Source of the DNA: Prochlorococcus sp. AG-355-A09
Lineage (GTDB): Bacteria; Cyanobacteriota; Cyanobacteriia; PCC-6307; Cyanobiaceae
DNA length: 64,000 nt
Assembly (NCBI GenBank): GCA_003280995.1
Contig: QCDG01000007.1
Coordinates: forward strand, 25,026 to 89,025
Direction of reading: 5' to 3'
Shown here: positions 20,241 through 30,082 of the stretch, piece after piece
Numbering within the stretch: position 1 is the first letter of the stretch
Layout of the letters: each line of letters begins with the position of its first letter
Program-made: the position numbers and the translations under genes
The notes under the pieces: model-generated
What the model was told of the DNA's origin: nothing
Seen by the model: only the letters and a program-made list of their open reading frames with translations
Databases searched by the model: none

Positions 20241-20866
20241 ATGAATAATAAAGAAGATTCTTTTTCGGAGTTTCTGAAAACTGAGTCTTTTTTTTACTTA
20301 TAAAACCTGAAGATAATATTTACTCAAATACCTCTATAAGAAATTCATTTTTTGAAGAATTAGAATACTTAGTAAAATTAGGATTAAAGAATATTGAAAT
20401 AAGTTGGTCTAACAAAGAAAATTGGTTTGATTTTGTATCCGATATCAAAATTAAATATCCAAGAATTAATTTAGCCTCCGCCTCCATAGTTAATAAGCAA
20501 TCAATATAAGATTCTTTAAAAATTGGATTAAATTTTTCGATGATGAAATTTTGGGATAAAGATCTTTTCAATTATGCGCATTCAAAAAGTTATTTATTAA
20601 TTCCTGGAATTAATAATTTAAAAGATCTTAAGGAAGCGATAGATTTAAATTGCAAAATTATCAAAATTTACCCAATAAACAGTAAAGATAGTTCGATAGA
20701 TATACTCAACTATACAAATATTGATTTCATTGCTGCTGGAGGACTATCAATCAATGATTTAAAAACTTATAAATCTTTAGGGTATAAAGCAGTCGTAATT
20801 GGAGATAAAGCTATCAAAAATAAAAAATTTGATCCAAAAATATTTGAATGGCTCAAAAATAATTAA
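20241..20866 (+). pseudogene. eda: KDPG/KHG aldolase (Eda) remnant: frameshift in a T8 run plus an in-frame TAA
   Basis: ATG 20241 encodes MNNKEDSFSEFLKTESFF, which aligns with my recollection of the E. coli Eda N-terminus (MKNWKTSAESILTT...), then leaves the frame at T8 (20288-20295). The +2 frame continues LLIKPEDN...LGLKNIEISW...ASASIVNKQSI, stops at TAA 20507-20509, then runs on in the same frame as DSLKIGLNFSMMKF...LLIPGINNLKDLKEAI...KIIKIYPIN...AAGGLS. Confidence 0.75.
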
Positions 20867-20900
20867 ATCAAAGATAAATATAATTTATTCAACAAAAATA

Positions 20901-21998
20901 CTACTTATTTATTAAGTCACATTGAGCATGATTTAGAAGCAAATGATCAGCAAGTACTAGAGCTACCATAGCATCAACCATGGGAACTGCTCTTGGTAGA
21001 ACGCATGGATCGTGCCTCCCTTTTGCTTTCATAAGTACTTCTTTACCTTCAGCATTTACTGTTTTCTGTTCTTTTCCGATAGTTGCTGTAGGTTTAAAAG
21101 CTATCTTCATCTCGATATTTTCACCATTACTTATTCCGCCCTGAATACCTCCTGAATTGTTTGATGTTGTTCTTAACTTACTAATATCATCAGACTTAAT
21201 GAATGCATCATTATGTTCGCTTCCTTTTAAATAAGTTCCAGAGAAACCTGAACCTATTTCAAAGCCTTTCGTTGCAGGCAAAGACATCAAAGCCTTTGCT
21301 AAATCAGCTTCTAATTTATCAAAAACTGGCATTCCAAGACCCGAGGGAACATTCCTTACTAGACATTCAATAACACCGCCGCAAGAGTCTCCTTGACGCT
21401 TTAATTCCTTAATTCTCTCGATCATTTCTGTTGATACATTTTCATCTGGACACCTAACAATATTAGAATCTATTTTTTTGAGAGAAATCTTCTCTTTATT
21501 TATATCAGAATCAATATCATGTATACGCTTTACCCAAGATAGTATTTCAGTGTTACAGAAGGTTTTTAATAATTGTTTTGCTACAGCACCAGCAGCTACT
21601 CTCCCAATTGTTTCTCTAGCAGAGGCTCTTCCACCGCCAGAACTTGCCTGAATTCCATATTTCAGATGATATGTACCATCTGCATGAGAAGGTCTAAATA
21701 CTTGTTCCAAATTATCATAGTCTCCTGGTCTTTGATCCTTGTTTCTTACCAACATCGCTATTGGAGTTCCAAGTGTGAACCCTTCCTTTATCCCACTTAA
21801 TATTTCAATTTTATCTTCTTCATTTCTGGGCGTTGTAATGTCACTTTGGCCAGGCCTTCGTCTATCTAATTCATTTTGTATCAGATTTATATCTACTTTT
21901 AACTTAGGGGGACATCCATCAAGGATAACTCCTACTGCACCACCATGTGATTCTCCAAAAGTACTAACACGAAAAATTTTTCCAAAACTACTACTCAT
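20901..21998 (-). CDS. aroC: Chorismate synthase
   Basis: 365 aa. Has [17 protein letters not shown] and RHDPCV. Confidence 0.96.
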   Translation of the reverse strand: MSSSFGKIFRVSTFGESHGGAVGVILDGCPPKLKVDINLIQNELDRRRPGQSDITTPRNEEDKIEILSGIKEGFTLGTPIAMLVRNKDQRPGDYDNLEQVFRPSHADGTYHLKYGIQASSGGGRASARETIGRVAAGAVAKQLLKTFCNTEILSWVKRIHDIDSDINKEKISLKKIDSNIVRCPDENVSTEMIERIKELKRQGDSCGGVIECLVRNVPSGLGMPVFDKLEADLAKALMSLPATKGFEIGSGFSGTYLKGSEHNDAFIKSDDISKLRTTSNNSGGIQGGISNGENIEMKIAFKPTATIGKEQKTVNAEGKEVLMKAKGRHDPCVLPRAVPMVDAMVALVLADHLLLNHAQCDLINK

Positions 21999-22058
21999 AG
22001 AAATATCAAATGTTTTATCTATATATAAACATTATATGAAACCAATTGAAAATTAAAC

Positions 22059-22086
22059 AAAAAAAAAGCCCCCAAAAAGGGGGCTT
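22059..22086 (-). terminator. Rho-independent terminator of psbA
   Basis: Minus strand: AAGCCCCC-TTTTT-GGGGGCTT followed by a T-run of 9. Begins 21 nt after the psbA stop. Confidence 0.85.
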
Positions 22087-22107
22087 GTAGATTTAAGAAC
22101 TTTAAGC

Positions 22108-23190
22108 TTAACCGATAGCTGGAGCTGAAAGAGCTACTGTTGTAGACTCAGCTGCTGCTAGATCAAGTGGGAAGTTGTGAGCGTTACGCTCGTGCATTAC
22201 TTCCATACCTAGGTTTGCTCTGTTAAGAACATCTCCCCATGTAGGAACAATCTTACCGTTTGCATCAACAACTGACTGGTTGAAGTTGAAACCGTTAAGG
22301 TTGAATGCCATTGTGCAGATACCCATTGAAGTTAACCATACACAAACAACTGGGAATACAGCTAGGAAGAAGTGAAGACTTCTGCTGTTGTTGAATGAAG
22401 CATATTGGAAGATCAAACGACCGAAGTAGCCATGAGCTGCAACGATGTTATATGTTTCTTCTTCTTGTCCGAACTTGTAACCATAGTTCTGAGACTCTGT
22501 CTCAGTTGTTTCTCTGATTAGAGATGAAGTAACAAGTGAACCGTGCATAGCTGAGAATAAAGATCCTCCGAACATACCAGCAACACCAGCCATGTGGAAT
22601 GGGTGCATAAGAATGTTGTGCTCTGCCTGGAAAACAAACATGAAGTTGAATGTTCCAGAGATACCTAGAGGCATTCCGTCAGAGAATGAACCTTGACCGA
22701 ATGGGTATACAAGAAATACTGCGAAAGCTGCTGAAACTGGTGCAGAGTATGCAACACAGATCCAAGGACGCATACCTAAACGGTATGAAAGCTCCCACTG
22801 TCTTCCCATGTATGCTGAGATACCAATTAGGAAGTGGAAAATTACAAGCTGGTAAGGACCACCGTTGTATAACCACTCATCTACAGTAGCTGCTTCCCAA
22901 ATTGGGTAGAAGTGTAGACCAATAGCGTTAGATGAAGGAACAACTGCACCTGAGATGATGTTGTTTCCGTAGAGGAATGAACCAGCAACTGGCTCTCTAA
23001 TTCCGTCGATGTCTACTGGTGGTGCTGCGATGAATGCAACGATGAAGCAAGCCGCTGCTGTAAGTAGGCATGGAATCATTAAGACGCCGAACCAACCAAC
23101 ATAAATTCTGTTGTTAGTTGATGTTACCCACTCACAAAACTGTGGCCAACCTTTTAACAGCGAAGAACGCTGCTGCTGAATAGTTGTCAT
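22108..23190 (-). CDS. psbA: Photosystem II D1 protein
   Basis: 360 aa. Unmistakable D1 sequence ([40 protein letters not shown]...[13 protein letters not shown]). Confidence 0.99.
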   Translation of the reverse strand: MTTIQQQRSSLLKGWPQFCEWVTSTNNRIYVGWFGVLMIPCLLTAAACFIVAFIAAPPVDIDGIREPVAGSFLYGNNIISGAVVPSSNAIGLHFYPIWEAATVDEWLYNGGPYQLVIFHFLIGISAYMGRQWELSYRLGMRPWICVAYSAPVSAAFAVFLVYPFGQGSFSDGMPLGISGTFNFMFVFQAEHNILMHPFHMAGVAGMFGGSLFSAMHGSLVTSSLIRETTETESQNYGYKFGQEEETYNIVAAHGYFGRLIFQYASFNNSRSLHFFLAVFPVVCVWLTSMGICTMAFNLNGFNFNQSVVDANGKIVPTWGDVLNRANLGMEVMHERNAHNFPLDLAAAESTTVALSAPAIG

Positions 23191-23625
23191 GAGTTCGTAA
23201 AGTATGTCTCTAAAGTGAGACGTGTAAGTAAAAACGGAAAATAAATTCCGCTTCGAAGATTTTAGACCAAAATCGCTAAAAATGTGTAAATTATTTTTCT
23301 GTGGGTAAAGTTATTTTTGCGAAATACTAAGAAAAGAGACTTCGTATCTTAATATTTTCTTTGTAATTGGTGATTAAACTTGGTAATAATCGAATGGCTT
23401 CTTAACGGAAAAAGATCTAAAGAGGTAGTTTCCTTAAAAGAGGCTAGGTTTAGAAGACTGCAATTAGAGGGTTTTGGAGCTGTTATCTATTGGAGCGAAA
23501 GAATTTAGGTTTTTAAGGTTTTAGAGTTAGTAAAAAAAATTAAAGTATTGAACATTAAATAAACTTATCTATTAAATAAAAAATCCTTATTAGTTTTCAA
23601 TGATTTATTGTTCCGGTTTCTTAAT

Positions 23626-24531
23626 TTAAAGACTTTCAAAATCTTGAACCCATTGTTTTTTGGAACATATAACTTCTTTTTTTGTGTAACTCATGGCAAT
23701 TTTTTTTTCCTTATAAGCAACTTCTCCTATAAAAACAGGCCAAATCAATTGGTCTCCGTCATATTTGTGAACTATTCCTTGGCTATCAAGAAATAATGGA
23801 TCTCCTTTTTTAATCATTTTCCAATCTTGATTTATTCTCTCAGGATGAATTAGGCCATCAATATCTCCTTTTTTATCTCTTGGATAATCTATGCTTCCTT
23901 GATGAACATAAACAACCAATTCCTTTGGGAGTTCTATAAGGTTATTTTTTAATTTATCTATCTCTTCCCTTAGGGAGCTAATTATTAGAGAGAATCTATC
24001 TATGATTTTTGGATCATAAAAATTTTGTGCCACAGCTCCTATTTCAATAACTAGACCACATGGCCAAGCTTCTACAAGAAAGCCAGTTTGAGCTTTATCT
24101 TTTTCGTGCAAATAAATAGGCAATCCAAATTTGTTCTGCAGTAACGCAGCTAAACAAAAATCTTTAATTCTCCTCCCATACAAAACAATACTAGTTCCCA
24201 TATTTGCAGTAGTAGTATGCAAATCAATTACAATTTGACAGGGTTTAGATCCGTCAATTCCAAATTCATCTAACAAGAAATTGGCTCTATTTGTTTCATA
24301 AAAGCTATTCTTTTGTTGATCACAATTCTCACTTTCTTTAAAAGATCTATTTAAATCTACATCTATATATCTGCACCCTTTTTCATAGGCAACAGGATTT
24401 CCTATGATGTATTCATACTCAATACCATGATTTAAAATATTTTCCTCTCTATTAAATTGTTTAACCGCCCAAACAGGATTAATTTCATTCCCATGAGTTC
24501 CTGAAACGATAAGTATTCTTTGAACAGTCAT
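23626..24531 (-). CDS. Aspartoacylase / succinylglutamate desuccinylase-family zinc hydrolase
   Basis: 301 aa. Has GTHGNEINP, IDLHTTTANMG and other AstE/AspA-family motifs. Confidence 0.8.
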   Translation of the reverse strand: MTVQRILIVSGTHGNEINPVWAVKQFNREENILNHGIEYEYIIGNPVAYEKGCRYIDVDLNRSFKESENCDQQKNSFYETNRANFLLDEFGIDGSKPCQIVIDLHTTTANMGTSIVLYGRRIKDFCLAALLQNKFGLPIYLHEKDKAQTGFLVEAWPCGLVIEIGAVAQNFYDPKIIDRFSLIISSLREEIDKLKNNLIELPKELVVYVHQGSIDYPRDKKGDIDGLIHPERINQDWKMIKKGDPLFLDSQGIVHKYDGDQLIWPVFIGEVAYKEKKIAMSYTKKEVICSKKQWVQDFESL

Positions 24532-24554
24532 TTTTTCATTAAAAATTAAATTTT

Positions 24555-25508
24555 ATGCAAAATAAATACCTTATAAAAGCAACCAGAAAATTCTGGTTTT
24601 GGTTTTGGACCCAACTAATGAATGGCTTCGCACCATCAGATTTACATGGTAACTATAAAAGGCCTAAAGGTATAACAATTGAAAGTGAATACGATATTAA
24701 TAATGAAAGTGGACAAATTTATTTATTGGTAGGGAATTCTTGTCCATGGTGTCAAAGAACTTTACTCGTCCACGCAATAAAACATTTATCTAAAAAAGTT
24801 AAAGTTATTTTTTTAAAAGCAGATCTTGAGCATGGCGAATGGATTTTCAATAGAAAGTATAAGGGATGCCTGAGACTTTCAGACTTTTACAAAAAGGCTA
24901 ATAAAAAGATTATTTTTAGAGCTACTTTACCTCTTTTAATTAGCTTTGTAAAAGATGAAGTAAATGTTTTATCTAATGAAAGTTCACAAATTATAAGATT
25001 ACTCAATTCAATAAAAATTCAATCAGAAATTAAGATATTAACTATTAAGGACTGTAATAAAAAATTTTTAGATTTAATTAATAACCGCATTAATGATGGA
25101 GTATATAAATGTGGTTTTGCCAGAAACCAGTTAGCTTATGAAAAAGCAAGTCAAAATCTTTTTGCAGCTATAAATGAAGTTGAAAATTTACTACAGAAAA
25201 ATAAAGGTGACTGGATATTTGGAGAAGAGTTAACCTACGCGGATATTTACCTTTTTCCAACGCTTATAAGATGGGAATTGATATATAGCAAACTTTTCAA
25301 ATGTACTGAACAAGAACTATCAAATTTCAAGAAAATTATTGAATGGAGACTAAATTTTTTTAAATTATCTAATGTAAATAGGACATGCTTCGACAATGAG
25401 TGGAAAAAAGATTACTACAAAGCTTTATTCCCTTTAAACCCAAATCAACTAATCCCAGTTTTACCATCGCTAGAGAAAATAATGAGATTAGAGTCCGAAA
25501 AAATATAA
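24555..25508 (+). CDS. Xi-class glutathione S-transferase-like protein (glutathionyl-hydroquinone reductase type)
   Basis: 317 aa. The CPWCQRT motif corresponds to CPWAHR of YqjG/ECM4-type GSTs. C-terminal GST helices are present (ADIYLFPTLIRWE). Confidence 0.75.
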   Translation: MQNKYLIKATRKFWFWFWTQLMNGFAPSDLHGNYKRPKGITIESEYDINNESGQIYLLVGNSCPWCQRTLLVHAIKHLSKKVKVIFLKADLEHGEWIFNRKYKGCLRLSDFYKKANKKIIFRATLPLLISFVKDEVNVLSNESSQIIRLLNSIKIQSEIKILTIKDCNKKFLDLINNRINDGVYKCGFARNQLAYEKASQNLFAAINEVENLLQKNKGDWIFGEELTYADIYLFPTLIRWELIYSKLFKCTEQELSNFKKIIEWRLNFFKLSNVNRTCFDNEWKKDYYKALFPLNPNQLIPVLPSLEKIMRLESEKI

Positions 25509-25626
25509 AAATCAATTTCCAAAAAATAATGATGTTGTAATGAACACTTATTTAGTTCATAGATAATGCAATTTCATTAGAAATTAACTATGTTATGTAT
25601 GTCTACTAAAGTACGAAAAGCTTAAA

Positions 25627-25845
25627 ATGAAATCCATTGACGAACACATCCAAAAAGATCAATCGGAAATCGAATCTGCAAAAGCAGAGGGCAATCTTCC
25701 AAAGGTCAGACATTTAACTGAAGAGCTAAAAGAACTCGAAGAATATAAGGATCATCATCCAGAAGATAAACATGATCCTAATGCTTTGGAATTATTTTGC
25801 GACGCAAACCCAGACGAACCAGAATGTCTTGTTTATGATGATTAA
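25627..25845 (+). CDS. cp12: CP12 (Calvin-cycle GAPDH/PRK regulatory peptide), C-terminal Cys pair only
   Basis: 72 aa. The C-terminal CDANPDEPECLVYDD matches the CP12 loop Cx3Px3ECxxYD. A central helix LTEELKELEE is present. There are no N-terminal cysteines. Confidence 0.8.
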   Translation: MKSIDEHIQKDQSEIESAKAEGNLPKVRHLTEELKELEEYKDHHPEDKHDPNALELFCDANPDEPECLVYDD

Positions 25846-25870
25846 GTTTATTTAATTATTAGATAATGCA

Positions 25871-25901
25871 AAAAAAAAGGGCTCAAAAAGCCCTTTTTTT
25901 T
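25871..25901. terminator. Bidirectional rho-independent terminator between cp12 and the convergent 60-aa ORF
   Basis: A-run of 9, then GGGCT-caaaa-AGCCC, then T-run of 8. Works on both strands. Confidence 0.8.
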
Positions 25902-25915
25902 ATGCCTGAATTCTT

Positions 25916-26098
25916 TTAGTAATCCATATTGAAATCTGATGGGCTACCTGTCAGAGAACATACCACAGACTCTTCATTTTTCATTTCCTTAACTTCTACA
26001 ATCGGTCTTCCCATTTTCTTAAGAACCTCAATATCTTGTATGGTTTGACATCTAGCTATTATTTTTCCTTGTTTATCAAAACAACTGTAGAAATTCAT
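25916..26098 (-). CDS. Hypothetical small protein
   Basis: 60 aa. Lies downstream of obg on the same strand and ends at the bidirectional terminator. No motif recognised. Confidence 0.45.
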   Translation of the reverse strand: MNFYSCFDKQGKIIARCQTIQDIEVLKKMGRPIVEVKEMKNEESVVCSLTGSPSDFNMDY

Positions 26099-26184
26099 AT
26101 TAGGTTTAAAGAATTATCTTATTTATGGCTAATTTTCATTATTAAATCAAGTATATTTATTTACAAAAAAAATTTTAATTTAAG

Positions 26185-27168
26185 TTAGATCCTTTTCCAC
26201 ACTTCAGAAAGCAGTGAGGATAAACCTTTTTTTAAAGATGAAGAAATAACTAAAACTTTCTTTTTTGATAAATCTTCTAACTTTTTTGTAATTATTTTCA
26301 AATAATCATCATCTACCAGCTCCATTTTATTTAACACTATTATCCTCTCTTTATCTAAAAGACCTTTCCCATATTTTTTTAATTCCTGCTCAATAATCTC
26401 AAAATCATGTAAAGGATTTTCTGCAATTGCATCAATTAAGTGAACAAGTATCTTCGTTCTTTGGATGTGCCTTAAAAAATCATGGCCTAAACCTACGCCA
26501 TCAGCTGCACCTGATATTAATCCAGGAATATCCGCAAAAAGGCAACCATTCCCATCAATTTTTCTTACTACACCTAAGTTAGGTATTAGAGTCGTGAAAG
26601 GATAATTTGCGATTTTTGGACGGGCAGATGATACAACTGAAATCAAAGTACTTTTTCCAGCATTTGGAAGGCCTATAATCCCAACCTCTGCAAGAAGTTT
26701 TAGTTCTAATTGAACCTCCCATATCTCACCATCTTTTCCTTCAGTGAATGATTCAGGGGCTCTATTTTGATTACTTAAATAGTAAGCATTACCATGTCCA
26801 CCTCTTCCTCCAATGGCAATAGTTAAACTTTGTTTATCTTTAGTTAAGTCTCCTAAAATGATGCCGGATTTAATATCCCTTATTTCTGTACCGCAGGGGA
26901 CTTTAAGGATTCTATCCTCACCTGAAGCACCTGATCTCTTATTCGGACCTCCTTTGCATCCATCTTCAGCAATTATTTCACGTTTGAATTTGAAATCTAA
27001 TAATGTTTGAAGGTTATTATCAGCCATCAAAATAACTGAACCCCCTCTTCCACCATTTCCCCCCGAAGGTCCTCCAGCAGGAACGAATTTTTCTCTTCTA
27101 AATGAAACTATTCCATTTCCACCTTTTCCTGCTTTAAGAATAATGTTGGCTTGATCAATAAATTGCAC
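26185..27168 (-). CDS. obg: GTPase Obg/CgtA
   Basis: 327 aa. Gly-rich Obg fold ([18 protein letters not shown]) and G-domain GLPNAGKST. Confidence 0.95.
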   Translation of the reverse strand: MQFIDQANIILKAGKGGNGIVSFRREKFVPAGGPSGGNGGRGGSVILMADNNLQTLLDFKFKREIIAEDGCKGGPNKRSGASGEDRILKVPCGTEIRDIKSGIILGDLTKDKQSLTIAIGGRGGHGNAYYLSNQNRAPESFTEGKDGEIWEVQLELKLLAEVGIIGLPNAGKSTLISVVSSARPKIANYPFTTLIPNLGVVRKIDGNGCLFADIPGLISGAADGVGLGHDFLRHIQRTKILVHLIDAIAENPLHDFEIIEQELKKYGKGLLDKERIIVLNKMELVDDDYLKIITKKLEDLSKKKVLVISSSLKKGLSSLLSEVWKRI

Positions 27169-27208
27169 TTAATACGCTTATTAAATTGTTTTCTAGGTAT
27201 TTTAAATT

Positions 27209-29620
27209 TTATTTTATCCACGCAATACTGCAACCAGGGCCACCCTCGTTGTTGGCTGCATCTTCAATCTTATCAACATAATTTAAACCTGATAACCAAT
27301 TTCTTAGTCCTTTTTTTAATTTTCCTGTGCCAATTCCATGAACAATCCATAGCGGGCCATGAAATTTTCTAATTTTCTCTTCAATAATTATTTCGGCTTC
27401 ATGGACTCTTAACCCTCTTACGTCAATTGTATTTTTACTCGTTCTAATTTTAGAAAAAGAAAAATCTTCTCTTATAGACTTGATCTCAATTTTTGAACTT
27501 TTGAAATTAGGCTTTTCTCCATTAATACCTTCAAAGTCATTTACAGATAATGTACTTCTAAATGAACCACATTTAATTTCATAAAAACCATCTTTTTTAT
27601 CTAAATCTACAATTTGTCCCGTACTATTTAGACTTTTAATTTTTACAAAATCACCTACCTGAGGGTTCCAAGATATTGACTTTTGAGGTTTTTTTTGGGT
27701 TAAATGTTCCTTTTCAATTTCCTTTAATCTTTTTCCAATAATTCTCGTATCCTCTCCATTTACATTTTTATCTCTTAATTTTTTAATCAAATCTATCACC
27801 TCTTTTTTAGCGGATACAATATGTTTTGATAATTTAGACCTTTCAATTTCCTGGATTTTTTCAGCATTTATTTTTTGATATTCATAATTTCTCTTCAGTT
27901 CATCATGTAATATTTCAGTCCTTGCAATCAATTCTGCAGCAGCTTCTGCAGAATTTTGTTGTTTAATCTTCTCTTCCTCAAGTCCTTTGATAATACTGTT
28001 AATATTGTCAACTTCTTTTGGCTTTAGATAATTTGCAGCTTCATTGAGTATGCTTTCATCGAGACCAATTCTCTTTGAAATTGACAAAGCATTACTTCTA
28101 CCAGGAATACCCCAGTTGAGTATATATTTTGGCTTCAAAGAATCCTCATCAAAGGCAACTGATACGTTTTCAAATCTTGAGTCGTTATATTTTAAAGCCT
28201 TAATATCTCCATAATGTGTAGTTGCAAAAGTGATATCAGATTTATTTGCAAATTCTTTTAATAAAGCCATCGCAAGAGCACTTCCTTCAAGAGGATCTGT
28301 GCCAGATCCAATCTCATCTAGCAAAACAACCGACAATCCTTTCTTATAATCAAGTGAATCTAATATTTCTTTTATGCGGGATATGTGCCCACTGAAGGTA
28401 GATAAATTTTCTTCTAATGATTGATTATCTCCTATATCCACATATATATTTGGACAAAAAGGGATAATAGGATTATTAGTTGAAGGTATCAATAATCCTG
28501 CTCTAGCCATAAGTAAAGACAAGCCCAAACCTTTTAAAGCTGCTGTTTTACCTCCAGTATTTGGACCTGTAATAGCTACAACTTTAATATTCCTATTTAT
28601 ATAAAAATCGACAGCTACTGGTGAAGGGGCTCCTTTTTTCTTATGTTCCCAAATCAATAACGGATGAGAAAAACCAATTAAAGAAATAATAGGACTTTTC
28701 TCAAAAGTAGGAGTTTTGCCTCCAATCCATTTCGAATATCTTGAACGAGTTAGGGCATTTTCTAATCTCAATAAAATGGATGCCATTTCAATAAGATTTT
28801 CTGAATTATCACTAACAACCTGGGACCATTTCTTAAGTAATTTAAATTCTTCTGCTGTGATCCTAGCCTCTAAAGAAGCAATCTTATTTCCTTTAGTTAC
28901 TACACTTTCAGGCTCAAAATATACTGTATTTCCTGAAGATGAAGAGTCATGAATTATTCCTTTAAATTTATCTACATAATTAACTTTCACTGCTAAAACA
29001 GGCCTTCCATATCGATCTCCAATAGTAGTATCTTGCAAATAAGCTAAATTCTTTTGAATAAATTTTTCAACTAATATTTTTCTTTCAAGTTTCTTAGATG
29101 AAAATTCTTTTCTAAGAATAGATAGTTCATTACTAGCATTGTCTGAAATCCTTCCATTGGATTCAATGCCTTTCTTAAAAATCGTTTCGATATTCTGATG
29201 GTCAATTAAATTTTTTGTGAATGATGAAATATAAGGCCTTTGTTCAAAATCTAATAAGATTTTTTTTAAATTTCTTGCTGCAGCAATTGTTTTCGCTATC
29301 TCTAACAATTCAGAAGATAAAATTACACCTCCCTTCGAACAAATTTCAATATTTCTACTAATATCAAAAACACCAGAAAAACTAATTGATTTATCTAAAT
29401 TTTTTTCTAACTCATTAATTTCAACAGTTTCATTCAAAAGTCTTTTAGATGCCTCGTATTCAGAAGGTATAACAAAACTTAAAATTGATCGTTTCCCCAT
29501 TTCAGTTGAGGCGAAGGAAGATAAATGGGTTTTTAATGAATCCCACTCTAAAAGGTTTATAGATTCTTCTTCTAAGGTGTTATCTGAATATGATTTTTTA
29601 GAATAACTTTTCTCTTGCAT
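27209..29620 (-). CDS. mutS2: Endonuclease MutS2 (MutS domain plus C-terminal Smr)
   Basis: Has GPNTGGKTAALK, LLDEIGSGTDP and a C-terminal Smr domain (IDVRGLRVHEAE...IVHGIGTGKLK). I prefer ATG 29620 (MQEKSYS...). The ORF-track start at 29680 would overlap the upstream VOC gene. Confidence 0.92.
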   Translation of the reverse strand: MQEKSYSKKSYSDNTLEEESINLLEWDSLKTHLSSFASTEMGKRSILSFVIPSEYEASKRLLNETVEINELEKNLDKSISFSGVFDISRNIEICSKGGVILSSELLEIAKTIAAARNLKKILLDFEQRPYISSFTKNLIDHQNIETIFKKGIESNGRISDNASNELSILRKEFSSKKLERKILVEKFIQKNLAYLQDTTIGDRYGRPVLAVKVNYVDKFKGIIHDSSSSGNTVYFEPESVVTKGNKIASLEARITAEEFKLLKKWSQVVSDNSENLIEMASILLRLENALTRSRYSKWIGGKTPTFEKSPIISLIGFSHPLLIWEHKKKGAPSPVAVDFYINRNIKVVAITGPNTGGKTAALKGLGLSLLMARAGLLIPSTNNPIIPFCPNIYVDIGDNQSLEENLSTFSGHISRIKEILDSLDYKKGLSVVLLDEIGSGTDPLEGSALAMALLKEFANKSDITFATTHYGDIKALKYNDSRFENVSVAFDEDSLKPKYILNWGIPGRSNALSISKRIGLDESILNEAANYLKPKEVDNINSIIKGLEEEKIKQQNSAEAAAELIARTEILHDELKRNYEYQKINAEKIQEIERSKLSKHIVSAKKEVIDLIKKLRDKNVNGEDTRIIGKRLKEIEKEHLTQKKPQKSISWNPQVGDFVKIKSLNSTGQIVDLDKKDGFYEIKCGSFRSTLSVNDFEGINGEKPNFKSSKIEIKSIREDFSFSKIRTSKNTIDVRGLRVHEAEIIIEEKIRKFHGPLWIVHGIGTGKLKKGLRNWLSGLNYVDKIEDAANNEGGPGCSIAWIK

Positions 29621-29633
29621 ACAAAAAAAAGAA

Positions 29634-30020
29634 TCAAGTATTCGATTGAATACCCTCAGGAGGAACATAAAGCATCTCAAGCCAGTTTCCTTCAGTATCC
29701 TTCATATAAAAAGATGCTGTTCCATCTCTATGCTCATGTAAAGGACCAACTTTTACACCAGAATTTTTTAAATCATTTTGAATATTTTCCACTTCTTTTT
29801 TATTTTCAAAATGAAAAGCAAAGTGAGGTCCCGCAGCTTTGTAGCTAGGGCCTAACAAGGCAAGTCCATCTTTCCCTTTACCTGCCTCTAAATAAGACCA
29901 ATCTTTATCATCCCAAACCAATTTCATACCCAGCTTAATATAAAAAGATTTCGCCCTTTCGAGATCCTCTACTCTAAGTGCAATGTGACCAATCCTATTT
30001 ACTCCTTGTGAAAACTTCAA
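29634..30020 (-). CDS. Glyoxalase / bleomycin-resistance / VOC-family protein
   Basis: 128 aa. Has IGHIALRVEDLERAKSFY and HFAFHF. Confidence 0.8.
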   Translation of the reverse strand: MKFSQGVNRIGHIALRVEDLERAKSFYIKLGMKLVWDDKDWSYLEAGKGKDGLALLGPSYKAAGPHFAFHFENKKEVENIQNDLKNSGVKVGPLHEHRDGTASFYMKDTEGNWLEMLYVPPEGIQSNT

Positions 30021-30082
30021 AACAAAGCAATTAATTTATTATTTATCTAAGAATAAAACAAATTTTTGTTAATAATGAGTTT

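Noticed and set aside
20320-20571. 83-aa minus-strand ORF
   Set aside because: It lies antisense to the eda remnant. The plus-strand reading gives clear Eda homology across the same bases.
21573-22056. Two plus-strand ORFs (75 and 105 aa) opposite aroC
   Set aside because: They are antisense shadows of a highly conserved gene, and their translations are low-complexity.
22650-22889. Short ORFs on both strands inside psbA
   Set aside because: psbA is unambiguous. These are out-of-frame or antisense artefacts.
23259-23290. psbA promoter assignment: TAAAAT -10 (23259-23264, minus strand) with TTTACA (23285-23290) as -35
   Set aside because: The -10 hexamer is plausible, but the spacing to the TTTACA hexamer is 20 nt, too long for a standard sigma-70 promoter. 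I do not call the promoter as a feature without TSS data.
25560-25871. 12-nt direct repeat TAGATAATGCAA at 25560 and 25860, exactly 300 nt apart, bracketing cp12
   Set aside because: It superficially resembles target-site or att duplication, but a 12-mer of this AT-rich composition recurring within a few hundred bp is expected several times per 64 kb by my rough estimate. cp12 is a core gene with no mobility genes nearby.
27151-27372. 73-aa plus-strand ORF across the obg start and mutS2 end
   Set aside because: It is antisense to two certain genes and has no signals of its own.
29621-29680. 20-codon N-terminal extension of mutS2 in the ORF track (MRCFMFLLRVFNRILDSFFC)
   Set aside because: It would overlap the 3' end of the upstream VOC gene by 47 nt. 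ATG 29620 (MQEKSY...) leaves a 13-nt gap and fits MutS2 N-termini better.
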